Virus record (IMG/VR): IMGVR_UViG_3300035505_000178
Source of the DNA: a virus
Lineage: Duplodnaviria > Caudoviricetes
DNA length: 64,000 bases
Direction: 5' to 3' (one strand)
Position 1 is the stretch's first letter. Each line of letters begins with the position of its first letter. The translations under genes and the position numbers were made by a program. This document shows, one piece after another, positions 1 to 13,808 of this stretch. The notes beneath the pieces are model-generated. The model did not search any database and was not told the origin of the DNA. It saw nothing but the letters and a program-made list of their open reading frames with translations.

Positions 1-58
1 CATCCCATTCTTGTGAAAGATCGGTTATTTTATCAGCTACGTTCTCAAATTTTGCCAT
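1..58 (-). CDS. 5' end of a late/structural gene running off the window (MAKFENVADKITDLSQEWD...)
   Basis: ATG at 58, 10 nt after the stop of the upstream gene; open to the window edge. Confidence 0.6.
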   Translation of the reverse strand, partial: MAKFENVADKITDLSQEWD

Positions 59-67
59 TCTAAAAAA

Positions 68-268
68 TTAATTATTTTTCCATGTATCATCTTTTAACCA
101 AGGTCTATCTGGTAACCATGTTCCACTTCCGAAACAGCTTCTAATTGCATCATATACAGTAAGCCATACTAACTAAGTTCCTTTGTAGATAGCTCCTATA
201 TTTTTCTCAACTTTATTAGCAATATTCTTATAAACAGATAATATTAACTTTCCGTCTTTATATATCAT
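68..268 (-). CDS. small tail-region protein, 66 aa with TAG=Gln (…AIRSCFGSGTWLPDRPW…)
   Basis: Manual translation; one in-frame TAG; ATGA overlap with upstream gene. Confidence 0.75.
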
Positions 269-1368
269 GACTACGAATTATTTTGTAAATACTATTCAAT
301 AGCTTGTTGTATTAAATCTTCTACTTCAGATTTAGTGTAATAACGTTCAAGTAAATATTCGCTTCGTACATATCCAGTATCTTTGATGTCGTCTTGTCCA
401 TAAGTACAATAATAAGTATCTTCATCTTTTTCCAAAAGATTCTCATATTCATCTTCTGTTAAAACAACAATATTTGGAATATCTGAAAGGAAAGCTACGT
501 CTGCAGAATCAACTTCTAATCTATTATCTTTAACAACGATTTTAGATTCACCTAAGTTTAATTCTTTTGTGTTAACTGTTTCTGAATTTACATCAGTTAC
601 TTCTAAGTTTGTAGATTTGACATTAGTAGCATTAAGAGTTTCTGTGTCAAGCTAAGTTTGTTGAGCTTCTTTATCCTTAGCATATTGATTCTATGTTACA
701 AACATAAAATCATCATCGTCAGAGTCACCCTTTAAATCTTCTTTTGTCACATAATTATTAATAGTTTCTTGATCTACAAATTTTTCATCAACCTCAGATT
801 TAGTATAATAGTTTTCTGCTTTCTCATTTAATTGAATTACACTAACATAATCTTGCTAAAGATCTTCTGTTGTTGTATAATTTGAAAACTTCTACTATAT
901 ATCTGATACAGAACTAAGAGATGCTTTTTTATTTAACTATTCTTCTATACTTTTTCCCCAAGATGCTTTTAAGTATTCTTGTCCTACTTCTTCATCTGAG
1001 AGACTATCTTCATATATATAATAGTATGTATTAGCGTGAAGGAATGTTTGAGTTTCATCTATAGGTTCATAATCCTCAGTTGTATTAGCTTTCCAAGTTT
1101 TATACTCATCACTAGTACAAGCTATAATTTCTATAGATTCATATGAAGCTCTCCATCCTGTCTTCTAATTAATCTAAGACTTATCAATGAGCATATAAAT
1201 ATTACCATCTGCTACACAAGCAACGGTCATACCTTGATAAGCACTATCCGCAGAAATATTATATAAGTCCTCTACACTACTAACTACTGTTCTAATATCC
1301 AACGGTTTAGGAGCGTCTACTTTTAGAGATACTCCTAATACTGCATCACCACTATACTTATACGCCAT
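265..1368 (-). CDS. putative tail/structural protein, 367 aa (TAG=Gln)
   Basis: ORF 1174-1368 continues through TAGs to TGA at 265-267, which overlaps the next ATG (ATGA). Confidence 0.8.
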
Positions 1369-2785
1369 TTAAGATAAAACTTATTTTATGAGGAAGAATT
1401 GCAGAATAAGAACTTTGTTTGGTCCATACTTTATAAGTAATACCATTTAATGTTTCAGTCGATTCTACCCAATCAGACATATTAACATTTAAATATCCTA
1501 ATCCGCCATCTACAGTAAATGAATTTATTTGAGCTTTAGTTCCAGGGAGTTTTATAACTGCAATACCTGTAAGATAAATATCTATATCTGATACTGATTT
1601 ATAGAATGGAACAAGTTCCTATTTAGTTTCAGATCCTTGAGTTCCTGCGTACCAAGGATAAGTAGCAGTAATATTTAATTCTGCTGTAATAGAACCTTCT
1701 TCAATTCTTTTATTAGTTGTTTCACCTTTGTTGTTTATTAAGTATTCTCCAGCAGCATAGTTAACAACACCTTGATGTAAATATGTTCCTATTTTATCGT
1801 AACTTGTTACAGGAGTACTATTAAGAGTTACACTTTCTTCTCTAGAAATTTCTTCACCTGCGTCATTCTAAGTGAATATTAAAGTAGGAGTTAATAATGC
1901 AGATCCGACCTCTACAACGGACTACAGAATTTCTTCATACTCTAATGTAGGTTCTACTAAATCTCTAACAGAAGTTGGAAAGATAATTGCATCAATAATT
2001 TCAGTAAATGATTTATTTTTTAACTGACTTACTGTTACATCTGATATTAAAGGAGATGTTGCATCATCTGGTAACTCTGTATTATAAACAGTATCAACAA
2101 GTTTTTCTTGCAATTCTTCAATCTCTGAACTAACATCTTTGACGTATAATCCTTCATTATTAGATAAAGCATTATTTTCTTTTTCAGAAATAACAACTTG
2201 TAACTTCTCATCTTCAATTGTTATAGTATCAGATAAGTGAGTTTGTATCCAATCAGAAATATTATTATTTACGTCAATGACTTTTAAATCTTCATTTAAT
2301 TTTGTAATCTGATTGTTGATAGACTAAATAGAAGTATTAATTCCTTCTATAGAAGTTGAATTAGAACTGGTATTCAGTAAAAGATCCTAAATCTATGTAT
2401 TAATAGAACTTACGGATTCTTTTAATTGTGCAATTGAATCAGAGTCTGACTCAAAAGTACTAACATAATGAAGAGCATATTGAAGAGCATCCTGAACATT
2501 AGTTAAATCTTTAAACTCATCACTTTTAAATTGTTGTAATGTTTTAACATAATTAACTAAGTCAGACTAGCTCTCAATTATACCTGTTATGTTTCCCCAT
2601 TCAAGAGTTTCATTATCTGCAATTCCTAAATTCTTTCTAACTTTAGCTTTCTCTAAAGCAGTTCTATATTCTCCTAGAAATTTATCCTTTAACAAAGGAA
2701 TAGGTTCACTCTTTACAGGTTTACCTTTCTTTCCACAAGAAATAATATCTGCGTTACTAACCTAAGTGTATGTAGTCTACATCAT
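1358..2785 (-). CDS. putative tail fibre/structural protein, 475 aa (TAG=Gln)
   Basis: MMQTTYTQ... start, in frame with fragment 1922-2113; TAA at 1358; coiled-coil then beta-rich region. Confidence 0.75.
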
Positions 2786-2954
2786 TCTAATTTAATAATT
2801 GCTATTTAATAAAATCGTGATTATCTAATTTAACTGGAAGATTAATAAAACAGATTAAATTTAATATTTCTTGATAATCTGGTCTATTACCCTTTTTAAC
2901 AGCTCTTAGAAAATCTTCATATCTTTTAATAGCTTTTCTTTTAAGAGCATCCAC
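2754..2954 (-). CDS. hypothetical late protein, ~66 aa (GTG start; alternative ATG 2978) (TAG=Gln)
   Basis: DALKRKAIKRYEDFL... reads through 3 TAG to TAA 2754. Confidence 0.6.
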
Positions 2955-3663
2955 AACCAATATGTTTATTATGTCCATGACCAGAGCAGAATCCACCACA
3001 TCTATTAAACATAGATAATAACCTTTCAGCTTCCATGAACTATTTAAATCCAATTAAATAATCTATAACATTTAAAGTCATCCATATAAAATCTCTTATA
3101 TATAGTAAGTTATCTTGTGTGGAGTTCTTACACTTGTCAAGAAGTTGATCAAACAATTGTTTGCAATAATTGATATAACATTGCTACAAATGTCCAGTAT
3201 AGAATACATCAATTCTGCATTTCTATAAAGTAGTTCCTTCAATATTACGTTCAAGAATTTCTTTTACTGTACACTCTTCTAATTCTCCATCAACTTCTTT
3301 ATATATTTTATCGTCTTCGAAAATATAAATAGTTTCCCAATTATCTTTATTTGTTAAATTATCATACCATTGTCGAGTTGGAAGTATCATGTGTGTTACA
3401 ACATAATAACCATCTTCTTTTACTTTAAAAGTACAAGAATCAATATCTTCTGTGTGTTCATTTAACAAAACATCAATTAAAGTTGTGTGATCAGTTGATA
3501 CTTTAACAATACTGTTAAGAGTTGCACTTTCACTATATTTATATTTATCAAAAGTTGCTACAACTTCAACGTCTTCAGGAATATACTGGTTATATTCTTT
3601 AGAAAAATCTTCAATTAATATTTCCCCGTTTAACTTCGGGTGTATGTCAATACTAAATTCCAT
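2941..3663 (-). CDS. structural-module protein with Cys-rich C-terminus (CGGFC...GCGCS), 240 aa (TAG=Gln)
   Basis: MEFSIDIH start; fragment 3223-3699 continues in frame to TAA 2941. Confidence 0.8.
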
Positions 3664-4466
3664 TATTTTACGTATCCTATTAAATAAGGTCCTTGCCATC
3701 TAATTTGATCATCATCTGAATTTATTATACCATTAACTGATGTTGCAGTAATCATCCAAAGTTTTCCAGTAAAATCAGTGATACTTTCTGTTGTCCAACC
3801 ATCACCAGGATTATCAGATTTATTATCTACATTAGGAACATCTGAATCAGTAACTTGATAACGTATTTCAAGTTTACTATCAAATGCCCATCTACCAAAT
3901 TGAGCAGGGTCAGAGAACTTAGTCCATTTACCTTCAACTCTTTTACGAGTAGACATAAAAGCATAAGGTCTTGCTGCACTAATACTTACAGGAGTTTCTG
4001 TCCAACCTTCTGGTAATTTCTCATCATACTAAGTTAAATCATCTTCATCATCATAAACAATTTCAGGTGCTTTCTAAGTAGATTGAGCAATATAGATATT
4101 CTAAATCTTTTCATAAAGATTAGTTGCAACAATTTCATATACAGTATTCAGATTCTGTGTATCTCCGTTATAAGTATATTTAGTTCGTTTCCAAACATAC
4201 GGATATTCATCGTTAGGCAATACAAATGTAGATGACCATGATCCTAATTCTTTTACATAACTTTCATCCTTAGAATCAGTTCTAACATACATTACATCAA
4301 CTATAATATTGTTAGCTGCATCTGCTTCACCACTTAATGTACTTACCTAAGTATATAAATCTGTTATAGCGGTCTACACAGAATCTTTCTCTGTACATGT
4401 AACAGATGAAGCTTCTGTTATAGGATAAATCTTTTGTTTACTGTTATTATATAACTATGTTCCCAT
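3663..4466 (-). CDS. putative tail-associated protein, 267 aa (TAG=Gln)
   Basis: Joins in-frame fragments 4101-4292 and 3663-3956; start MGTQLYN with TAG at codon 4. Confidence 0.8.
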
Positions 4467-4468
4467 AT

Positions 4469-6619
4469 TTATCTGAAATTAACTTTATCATTATAAGGAT
4501 TTCCATCTCTTAGTTGCATCAATTCAATCTCAGTTCTCTTTTGCTAAACTTCAATTTGTTTTTCTTTATACTCTTTATCAGTATTAGCATTGAACCATTG
4601 AACTCGATATTCTAACTGAATCTTTTGTTGCTCTAACTTCATCTTCTCTTCATTCAAAGATTTGAGTTCTTGTTGAGCCTGTTGCAATTGTTGCTACATT
4701 TGCTACAGTTGTTGATTTGCTTCTTCAAGTTTTTGAGATAATTGTTTCAACTAATCGTTTTCTTCCTTTTGTTTCTTTAAAGCCTTTTGAACTTTTAATT
4801 TAATATCAGTAAGACTCTTTGCAGTCATTACTTCAAATAAAATATCAGGAGGAAGGGCTTGAGCTTTAATTAATTCAGGAACTAATTGTTTTAATTGCTA
4901 AATATCCTACATTACTTCTGTACTAGATACAATATGTATATCATAACTAGTTAATGTAAAATGTTCAGGTAATGCAGTGAAAATTCTTTGTTGTTCCTCA
5001 CCAAGTATTAAGACTCCAGATATTCCGTTCTTATATACTTTCTTAGCAACATTCAAACAATCTAATAACATTTCATCAGTAACTAAATCCATCTACTGAT
5101 AATATTGTTTAGTTACAGTAAATGAATTTTGTACACCTTGTTTAATATTAGTTACTGCATCATTCTAACTAATTCCGTTTAATCTTTCTCTAAACACACC
5201 AGTAATAGATGATACTGTACTTTCAACAGATTGAATTGCAATTTCAATAGCTTGAATTGATTGAGCTTTTAAAGTTTCATCAAATCCATTAAAGATTGTA
5301 TTCAAAGGAGCATTACCATTATCGTTTCTTCCTTCTTGTGAACTATCAATTAATTGTAAACCACCTTTCTTATAAGCAATCCATTTTGCAACTCTTTCGG
5401 GCCATTTAACTCCTAAAGTTGTAGGAATTAATGACATATCAATAATACTACCTGATACACCACTATTTGCAACTAACCTATCTTTGTAATAATTTAATAA
5501 GTCATATCTATCTTGTAGTGGCATACATTTAAGCATCAAAGAATATGGTTCGTAAGATCTGTTAAAGAAATAAACTCCATTAATAGTAAGTCTACATTCA
5601 TTAGGATTATCTATAGAACGAACAACCTATTCATCTTTACCTCTTACAATATAAATGCTATCTCCAATTCTGACAACATTGTACCTCTACATAACAAAAT
5701 CATCATCAGTTTCAATCCATTCAACATCATAAACAGGCATTAATCTAAATCTGTGTTGTCCATCTGGATAACCTGGAACATTACTATATTCAGAAGATAT
5801 TATTTCTTTTTCTCCGTAAGTTCGTCTATAACTAACAGCACGTTCATCAGACCATTCATCCTTCAATCTTTTTCTATCTTCTTTTGATAACTCTTTACCA
5901 AATCTATTAAGTATTTCAGCTTTCGTTAACCATTCTCTTATTACTGCTCTTGATGCATCTCTAGCATAAGGAGTTTCATAATTATCATCAGTAAAAGTAT
6001 TCAATGGATTTAGAACTTGAATCTTAACATTACTTTGATTCTAAGAACTAAGTACTCTAAAATAAGAAAGTCCTGAAATTAATATATCTGTTAAAAGCTA
6101 TCTAAGTTTAGTTTTAAGATCCGTTTCTCTTGACTACATTATATACTAGATAATGTCTTGAGCTGCAGTTTCATATTTAGAAACAAACGAGTCATTAACA
6201 TTTTCAATAATTTTATCAAGCTACATTTTAATAGATTTATCGGTAGTATCTTTACCATCAATAAACTATAATAGAGAATTAGTTAAATGACTTTTCAAAA
6301 ACTCTACTAAAGCTTTCTCAATTTCTAACTATTTCTCTCGCTCAATGTTACTTATTGTTCTAGCATCTTTACAAGATATTTTTGGAAGTATTGGAGTATC
6401 CAAATATTCACCGACTAAAGCATCTATATGCTTCTTTAGTAATGGTGTAAATTCAACTGATGTTGGGCTTCCAATTCCATAATTATTCTCTAAGTATTCA
6501 AACTATTCAGGATCTCTTATACCGTTATAATAATTATAAGCTTTCTAAAGTTCTACTTTGTCGTAAACTAACTCAGAAATAACTTCATCTGCTTTGTCTA
6601 TTAATTCTTCGTCCTTCAT
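4469..6619 (-). CDS. portal protein (Crassvirales type), 716 aa (TAG=Gln)
   Basis: Joins in-frame fragments 5687-6004, 5165-5539 and 4907-5092; KAYNYYNG…KHIDALVGE, SITGVFRERL; C-terminal Gln-rich coiled coil; next to terminase. Confidence 0.85.
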
Positions 6620-6881
6620 TTGCTGGGAATTTACCAGTTACGTTATAATGTTTAATTTTAATCATTTTAGAAGCACGTATCTATTCTTTAATAAATTTAA
6701 GATACTCTTCATCTGGCAAATCTGCCATAAACACTATAGGATTTTCAGTATTATTTAAATTAAATGCTACCTTATATCCTTCGGGTTCTAAATCTTCTAT
6801 TTTTAATCTTCCGTTATATTCAGCTTTATAAATTTCTCTAATATAACCTAGGATCGCTTGTTTCAACTCTGTATGGGTCAT
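6585..6881 (-). CDS. hypothetical protein between TerL and portal, 98 aa (TAG=Gln)
   Basis: MTHTELKQAIL start; one TAG, then TGA at 6585. Confidence 0.7.
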
Positions 6882-9153
6882 CTTCTTCGATTCTAATATT
6901 AAATGTAGGTTGATATCTCTATTTAGGAATTGCTCCAAAATGTCGATAACCTTTTTCATCTTTATACCATCCAATATCTTCAAATTCTTCAACATCTTTT
7001 TTAACTACAGAAGGCTACCTTCCAGATAATTCCTAATCTGCTAAGAATGTCATACCTAAGGCAGCAATAATATCGAACTTTGTTTTATTCTCATCGTTGT
7101 AAGAATTTAACTGTTCAAGTATTTCTTCAAACCAGATTGTATGACAATAATCTTCAACAAAATCAGCAGTTAAATCTGTATGTTGTTCAATGATAGCTTT
7201 AGTTGCTGGAGTTCCATATGATTTACTATTACCATTCTTTACATCAGCAAGAGTGGCTCTAGGTCTACGCATAAAATAACTTAAACAATTATTTTCTCTA
7301 GCCCAAGTTACCATTGCCATACGAGTTGCCTCAATATTTATTCTACAATTATAATATCTACATAAGCACATTGCAATTTTATATGCTTCTCTAATATTCT
7401 ATGGTCTATCTTTATACATACATACAATCATAGGTTCAGCTAAACCATATGCACGTTTTAAAATAGTAATACAGAAGTCAGAAGGAGATCTAGTTTGACT
7501 AGAAGTTTGTGCTGCACCAATATCAATACCATCAATACCAGCAACATATAAATCTCGTAATTCTGTATAGTTGCGAGCTTCAAATTCTTCTCCAGCAGCT
7601 TCAGCTTTTATTTGTTTAGCTTTCTAATCTTCTTTATAAAGATCTGACCATACTGGATGCTCAAGTATTTGAACTTTTCCATTTTTATCAGGAATCCATC
7701 TAAAACCATTTATATTGTCGAAAGTATGTTTGTTATTTTTAAAAGCATAAACTAACAATCCTTTCTCAGGTCTTGGACCACGCTTATGTAATTTTATTTC
7801 TGCTAACTAATTAGCAATATTTGTTTTATTAAATTTGTTTACACCTTCAAGACTAAATGCTTCTTCTGCAGTCCAGCATCGCTCAGCACATTTTTTAGGA
7901 TACTCATTAGGTAAAGCTAACAAGTGATTTCTCTCTTCCTATAATACTTCTTTATATTCTTTAGTGTTACATACTCCACGATTATCCATATATTTTGGAT
8001 TCAATGCTTGTATATAATAAGGAATAAAGAATCCTGTCTCTACTGAAGTACCATCAGCAGTATATGTGTGTCTATAAGGTAATATTTTAAAAGCTCTTGG
8101 ATGATAGTAAATCTCTTTTAGTCCTTCTAGAGCTGTACCAGAATCACCACCAGTACCACCAAACACCATAGTTCCACGAGGAACACCTTGTATTTCACAA
8201 AGCTCTTGTCCTTGTACTACAGCTGTTGTTAAATCAGGCCAAGAACCACTTTCATCATATATTAATAAGTCTACACGATCACCACGAATATTAGAAGCTT
8301 TACTTCCATTAATTCCAATGACTGTAGACTAAAAACCAGATGGTTCAAACTAACCATTCACTTTTGTATAAACACCAGAAGTTTTTTGTAAATCTTGATC
8401 GACAATACGAGGTTTAGCAAATCCTCCTTGTGTTTTAGTGTTTAAAAATGTAAGAGCATGAGTAAACTTGCTAAATGTTCCTTTTAAGAATTTATCGTTA
8501 TAGCAAGTAATCATGGTTCTACTTTTTCTAATAGTACTATACATTCTTGCAGACAAAGATGCCATAATTTCTGAAAATCCAATTGAACGAGCTTTCATCA
8601 TTGCCACATGTTTATGCAATATACGTGCCATCTAAAGATAGTGAAAGAATGTATAATGTGAAGCAAAGAAGATAGGAAAATCATCATTAGTACCATAACC
8701 TGATGCTTGAGACTAATTAACTGAAGGTAATTGATAAAAATTTAAAAAGAAATAATTATCTCCAGTAATAGTATATCCATTTACAGAATATCCATATTTA
8801 CAACGAAGATATTGCTCTTTCCAAAATTCATTATATCTTTTACTACCTTTTAAATGCTAAGTGTATTTACCAGTACGTTTATATTCTTCTCTAGCTTCGG
8901 TAAACCAATCTGGATTAAAGTCTAATCCTTTAGTTTCTGTTAAAGGTCTATAACCTGTAATCTCATAAGAAAGTTCTGGATCAAATACTTCTATAGGATC
9001 TTCTTTTCTAACATCCCAATAATCTTTATTATAAGATCTCTCAATTCTTATTTGTTCTACTAATTCTTTTGCTTCTTGTATATCTTGTTTTTCTAGATTA
9101 TCAGCTATCTCCTAAATAATTTCCTAAGCCTAGTCTACTATTCTTTTAGCCAT
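6826..9153 (-). CDS. terL: terminase large subunit, 775 aa (TAG=Gln)
   Basis: Walker A-like KARSIGFSE, Walker B LLIYDESG, GGTGG, RNase H-like YVAGIDGID; fragments 8350-8631, 7939-8169 and 7033-7371 share one frame. Confidence 0.92.
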
Positions 9154-9155
9154 AA

Positions 9156-9716
9156 TTAAATATCTCCTGGATCAAATCCATCTTCAATTCCAGCACGATT
9201 AACAGATTGTTCAGTTAATTCTTTCTTAACCTAATCTTCTAGAATTATTAATTCTTCATGTACCTTATGTAAAGTGGACATTTCCTTCATTACTTTTTCT
9301 GCCTGAAATACAGGCTTACCATTTGCATCACGTTCATTTAAATCCACAATCGTATCAAAGTAATCTATAAACTAATCACAAGCACGTCTTGCAGCCTATA
9401 ATAATTTAATAGATTTATTTGAATCTTGTAGTTCCCTATACTTCCTACAAGCAGCTCGAAAATCAGGATTGTTAAATTCTTCTTCTGTTATTCCAGAATC
9501 TTCTATAGCTTCCTAATGTCGTTCCTATTCTGAATACTAACTATAAGGACTTTTCCAATCTATAGCAAGATAAATATAAGTTAATTCTCTAGTTGCTCTT
9601 TCTTTAAATTTACTTTTATCTCTTTTTATTAGATTGGAAAATTCCTTAGTTAATAATAGTTCAGGTTCATTTAATTCAAGTTGCTTGTCTACATTATCAT
9701 AAACAAAAACATTCAT
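9156..9716 (-). CDS. protein directly upstream of TerL, 186 aa (TAG=Gln); possible small terminase
   Basis: MNVFVYDN...ELTYIYLAIDWKSPY; absent from ORF track because of several TAG; ends 3 nt before terL. Confidence 0.75.
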
Positions 9717-9739
9717 TAATCATTAATTTTATATTTTAA

Positions 9740-11701
9740 TTATTTATCAGATCCTATAGGATACCTTTCACGTAAACGTTCGTTACGAAGACTATCAACC
9801 TATTCTTTAGTTGTTCCAAACATGTTATATACATTTTCATCAGATGCTAAAGTACCACGACCTGCAATTCCAAGAGTAGGTCGTGTAAAACTATATAAAA
9901 CAGGGTAAGTAATATCTTCCATTGTTTTAGCATGTGCTATCTTTCGTGCATTATTTGCATTTTTCATTACATATGCTGCCTTACTTGCTTTACTGAGTTT
10001 TGCTGCAACATTAGCAGCTTTTGCTGCAGTAGTTGCTGCTTTTATTTCAGGTCCAACTAATGGAAGTACCATAGATAAATCACCTAATAAAGATAACCCA
10101 GTCCACCCTGCTTGTTCCCATGAAGGATGATCGTATAACTATTTAGCTTCTTTATATGTACCAAAGATAGGAATTGCTCTTTGAACAAGTTCAAGTCCTT
10201 CCTATCCTTTAGGAATTAAATCTTTTTTTTTTACTTGAGTGCCACAAGCTGCTTTCTTAACATTACGATATTTGTTTTTAAATTCTTCAACCTCATCCAT
10301 TTGTTTTTCAACCATCTTGTTACCATCTTGGTTTTTCTTCATACAAGCTTTACAAATACGTCCACCTTTCTTATAATAACCCATTTCATATTCATCTGGA
10401 CATTTATTTTGTAAGAAATTAATATAATCAAGTTTTATTCCAAATTTAGCTTTACGTTGCTTAGCCTATTGAAATTGTTGATATATTTTTTGTAATCCTT
10501 GTTTACCTTTCTTTTGAGCATATGCTTGAAGTTCTTCTTCGCTAGTAATATTTTCATTATCTACTTGTTTAGCATAAGCTACTAAATATTGCATAAATTC
10601 TTTCTAATCGTCTTCGTTCATAGTTCCTCCTTGTTGATTTTTTTTAATATATTCATTGTGATTAAAAAATGACTTATTGTTATTTGTTTTATAATACTAA
10701 TTAAACCAAGTATTAAAAGCATTGTCTAAAGCAATATCTATTTCAGTATTACTTTTTCCTTGTTTTTTTAAGTAATCAATTATACGTTGTTTATAATTAT
10801 ATTCAAAATCACTTTTAGCTGCACTTTTATCATAATAACCTCTTGCTAATGCTAAATACGGAGAAGTTGTAGTTGTTTCAGTATTTCCATCAGTTCTATT
10901 TGTAGTCGAATGAGGAATAGCCCATTCTAAATAAGGAAAGAATTGATCTTTTAATTCTTGATTATCATAAGTTTCTATAGCTTCATCAGTTTTACTTGTA
11001 TTTGAAGGAGTAACAACCTATTCAGGTTTAGGTTTAGGTTTAATAACTGGTTTAACATAACTAGCTACAGCCTAATCAAAATCCATTAGATTTCCTGTTT
11101 TATTAATATAATCTTGATATGCTTTCTAAGTATTAGCTCCCCATTTACCGTCTTCTAATAATTTGTGACCATTTGTTCCTAAATAACCAAGTCTATTTAA
11201 CTATTGTTGAATAGCTATTACTTGCTCAGGACTTGCGCCCATATTCTAAGCATTCTGATTCCACTATCCGTTTACTATTTGATTCTTAGCTTCCCACTAA
11301 CCTTGATTATTAAAATTGAAATATTTTTCTTTTTCTAAAGAATTATCTTCCATTTGCTAAGCAAGAGTATCATCTTCATTAGTAAGAGGATAAAATTGAG
11401 TAACAGGTTTAGGAGTTCTTTGTTTTATATATTGTTCACGTCTAGCTCTTTCACCTGCAGCCCAATCGTCATCAAACTAAGAATCAAAATAAGAACGAGC
11501 TTTCTTTAAATTGACATTATTGTTAGAATTTGCAGTTAATTCTCCTAAATAATTTTTCCATCGTTCGTTATATGCTTTTTCTCGTCCAGCATTTGCATCA
11601 AATCCATCATCTAAATTTGTTGTTGTATTCTAATTTAGATTTAATATTCCAAATGGGTCTTTAACAGAATATTTTGAAAAATCATAATTACCTAATCCCA
11701 T
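9740..11701 (-). CDS. 653-aa modular protein with peptidoglycan-binding (PG_binding_1-like) motif; putative virion/cargo protein (TAG=Gln)
   Basis: IQQQLNRLGY…DGKWGANTQKAY; no TAA/TGA found in frame; includes fragments 10202-10384 and 9800-10072. Confidence 0.75.
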
Positions 11702-11703
11702 AA

Positions 11704-11907
11704 TTAAGCTAACTTTAAATCCTTGGTACTAAATACAGCTTCTTGTAATAAACCAGAAGTTGTAAACCATCTGCAACGTATTCCTTTTAATCCAGAATTA
11801 TCTTTAAATAATGCTAGCTCTTTTCTCAGAACTAGCATTTTAGGAGATTCTATTTGTCTTAATACAACAACATCTCCTGGGTGAAAATATATTTTATCCT
11901 CTTCCAT
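11704..11907 (-). CDS. YodC/DUF2158-like small protein
   Basis: FHPGDVVVL…SPKMLV…CRWF…F..L pattern. Confidence 0.7.
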   Translation of the reverse strand: MEEDKIYFHPGDVVVLRQIESPKMLVLRKELALFKDNSGLKGIRCRWFTTSGLLQEAVFSTKDLKLA

Positions 11908-12469
11908 TTTTACGTTCTGTTAATCCACTGTTAACTACAGCCATGATACGAGTTTCATTAACTGTTACGAAACCTTGTTTAAAGAACGGTATTTGATTTT
12001 CACAAGCCACTGTAAAGAACACTAAGTCACCAGTTTTTAAGAACTTAACTTCTGGACCAGTTTCAATAACAGTACCTACTTTAATAAATGGACTATCTTC
12101 TTCCTCTTGACCAGTTTCCTGATTTTTGTGAGTTTGAACCGAACCTCCACCTAAATCTACAATAATACCAGATTTTGTAACCTCAACTCTTTGGAATGGA
12201 TTTTCATTAAAAGGTTTAATAAGTACATAACTTCCAAGAGGCATAATCTCAAGACCATTCATATCCTCAGATATTTCTTTAGCATAATTTTCAAGAGCTT
12301 GATTATGTTTCTCAAATTTGTCTATATATTCATCTACCTTAGTGTTGAACTTTTCTTGTTGCTCTCTAAGAAGTGTTTTGTGTGCTTCTTCGCCATTTAA
12401 AACAAAATGTTGTCCTGTACCTTCCATTCCAGTAACCATGTCTGCAATTTTTTGATTTTGATTTCTCAT
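11894..12469 (-). CDS. GroES-like co-chaperonin domain protein
   Basis: IMPLGSYVLIKP…TKSGIIV…GTVIETGP…GDLVFF…IMAVV. Confidence 0.75.
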   Translation of the reverse strand: MRNQNQKIADMVTGMEGTGQHFVLNGEEAHKTLLREQQEKFNTKVDEYIDKFEKHNQALENYAKEISEDMNGLEIMPLGSYVLIKPFNENPFQRVEVTKSGIIVDLGGGSVQTHKNQETGQEEEDSPFIKVGTVIETGPEVKFLKTGDLVFFTVACENQIPFFKQGFVTVNETRIMAVVNSGLTERKNGRG

Positions 12470-12473
12470 AAGT

Positions 12474-12710
12474 TTACCATTTATTCATTTCACATTTTTC
12501 ATTAAATAATCTAGTCTTATTGTCTAATATACATCCGCATATTCCACATACATCTCCAATAATTTTTATATTCTATTTTTCTCTACACTTGTCACATATT
12601 TTAAGTCTATCTTTAGACATCTCTTCTTCTTTATTTGTTAATTTATAATAAATACTTTTAAGTATTCTAAAAGGATGTTTAAAAATAGCAATAATCCATT
12701 TAATTACCAT
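12474..12710 (-). CDS. Cys-rich (Zn-binding) protein, 78 aa (one TAG=Gln); paralogue of 12704-12937
   Basis: DRLKICDKC…CGICGC…KTR…C…KW. Confidence 0.75.
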
Positions 12711-12937
12711 TTGTCTATAATACAATGATTTTCTCGTCTTTGAACTTTAGTTGGAATATAACACCCACAACCTTTTACATATCCTTTTTTAGGTTTATCA
12801 CTAACATCATCATTGTCAGGATTTATATATAAATATTGATTACAAGTATCACTATCATAATTATAAATAGGACAGTGCATACAAATATTTAATCTATCAT
12901 CAATACTCAATTCTTTGGCGTTTTCTTTTGTTTTCAT
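12704..12937 (-). CDS. Cys-rich (Zn-binding) protein
   Basis: DRLNICMHC…C…GCGC…KV…C..KW. Confidence 0.7.
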   Translation of the reverse strand: MKTKENAKELSIDDRLNICMHCPIYNYDSDTCNQYLYINPDNDDVSDKPKKGYVKGCGCYIPTKVQRRENHCIIDKW

Positions 12938-13808
12938 TTAATATACTCTCCTTTTTATAAAAACGTAACATTTTAACAACTTCATCTTTTAAATAAGGTA
13001 AATGATATACAGTCATATTATCATTATGATCAAAGTGAATTAAAACTAAATCTTCAATTTCAAAACTAGGATTTAATTGTTGAATCATAACAGCATATGT
13101 ACTTAACTGCATTGTATAATGCCAATAATTAACATCATCTAAATTATTTAATGGGTATTTCATTTTAGTTGTAGACTTTGTTTTACTATTATAGAAACTC
13201 TTTTGTTCGATTTTCTTATTCGTTTTATAGTCTCCGATTACGATTTTATTACCTTTTTTGATTAATAAATCAATTTGTCCTGCTACGTTTAATTGACCAT
13301 CTTTAGAAGACCAAGAAATAAGATATTCTGGATATATTCCGTTCTCTAAGTCTAAATCAGTTTTACCTTTAACACATTCAAATTTTCCTCCAATTTGAAA
13401 TTTGCTAATGTCAATGTTATGTTTAGCTTTATAAAATGAATTTTCTAAATCTGCATGAATCTTTGTTCCTCTTTCACAAGAGTTTGTATTCTCTGCTTGC
13501 CATTCATCTAAAATTGCTTGTTGTTCTCTATTAAAATCATTTTCAGAAATATCATATAAATCAAGAATAGATTTATCAAATTTCTTAGAATTTAATAAAG
13601 ACTTTTTCTCAATATTCCAAGATTCTTTAGGTAAAAGTTTCTCTAATGCTTTATAAGCAGACCAGAAATCTTTATCAAAATCATTGGTAAAACTATGTAT
13701 CATAGTAGTAACTGATACAAAATTTTTTCTAGGATTAGTAACATCAAAGTATTTATGAGTTTCCTCAACAAATGCAATGTTACCGTTCTGTTTAGTAATT
13801 TCTTCCAT
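12900..13808 (-). CDS. PD-(D/E)XK nuclease (Cas4/exonuclease-like)
   Basis: SVTT, RGTKIH, AGQIDLL, IGDYKT, QLSTY motifs. Confidence 0.85.
   Translation of the reverse strand: MEEITKQNGNIAFVEETHKYFDVTNPRKNFVSVTTMIHSFTNDFDKDFWSAYKALEKLLPKESWNIEKKSLLNSKKFDKSILDLYDISENDFNREQQAILDEWQAENTNSCERGTKIHADLENSFYKAKHNIDISKFQIGGKFECVKGKTDLDLENGIYPEYLISWSSKDGQLNVAGQIDLLIKKGNKIVIGDYKTNKKIEQKSFYNSKTKSTTKMKYPLNNLDDVNYWHYTMQLSTYAVMIQQLNPSFEIEDLVLIHFDHNDNMTVYHLPYLKDEVVKMLRFYKKESILNENKRKRQRIEY

Noticed and set aside
1174-10384. Short minus-strand ORFs as separate genes or a decayed prophage
   Set aside because: They are in-frame pieces of long genes broken only by TAG.
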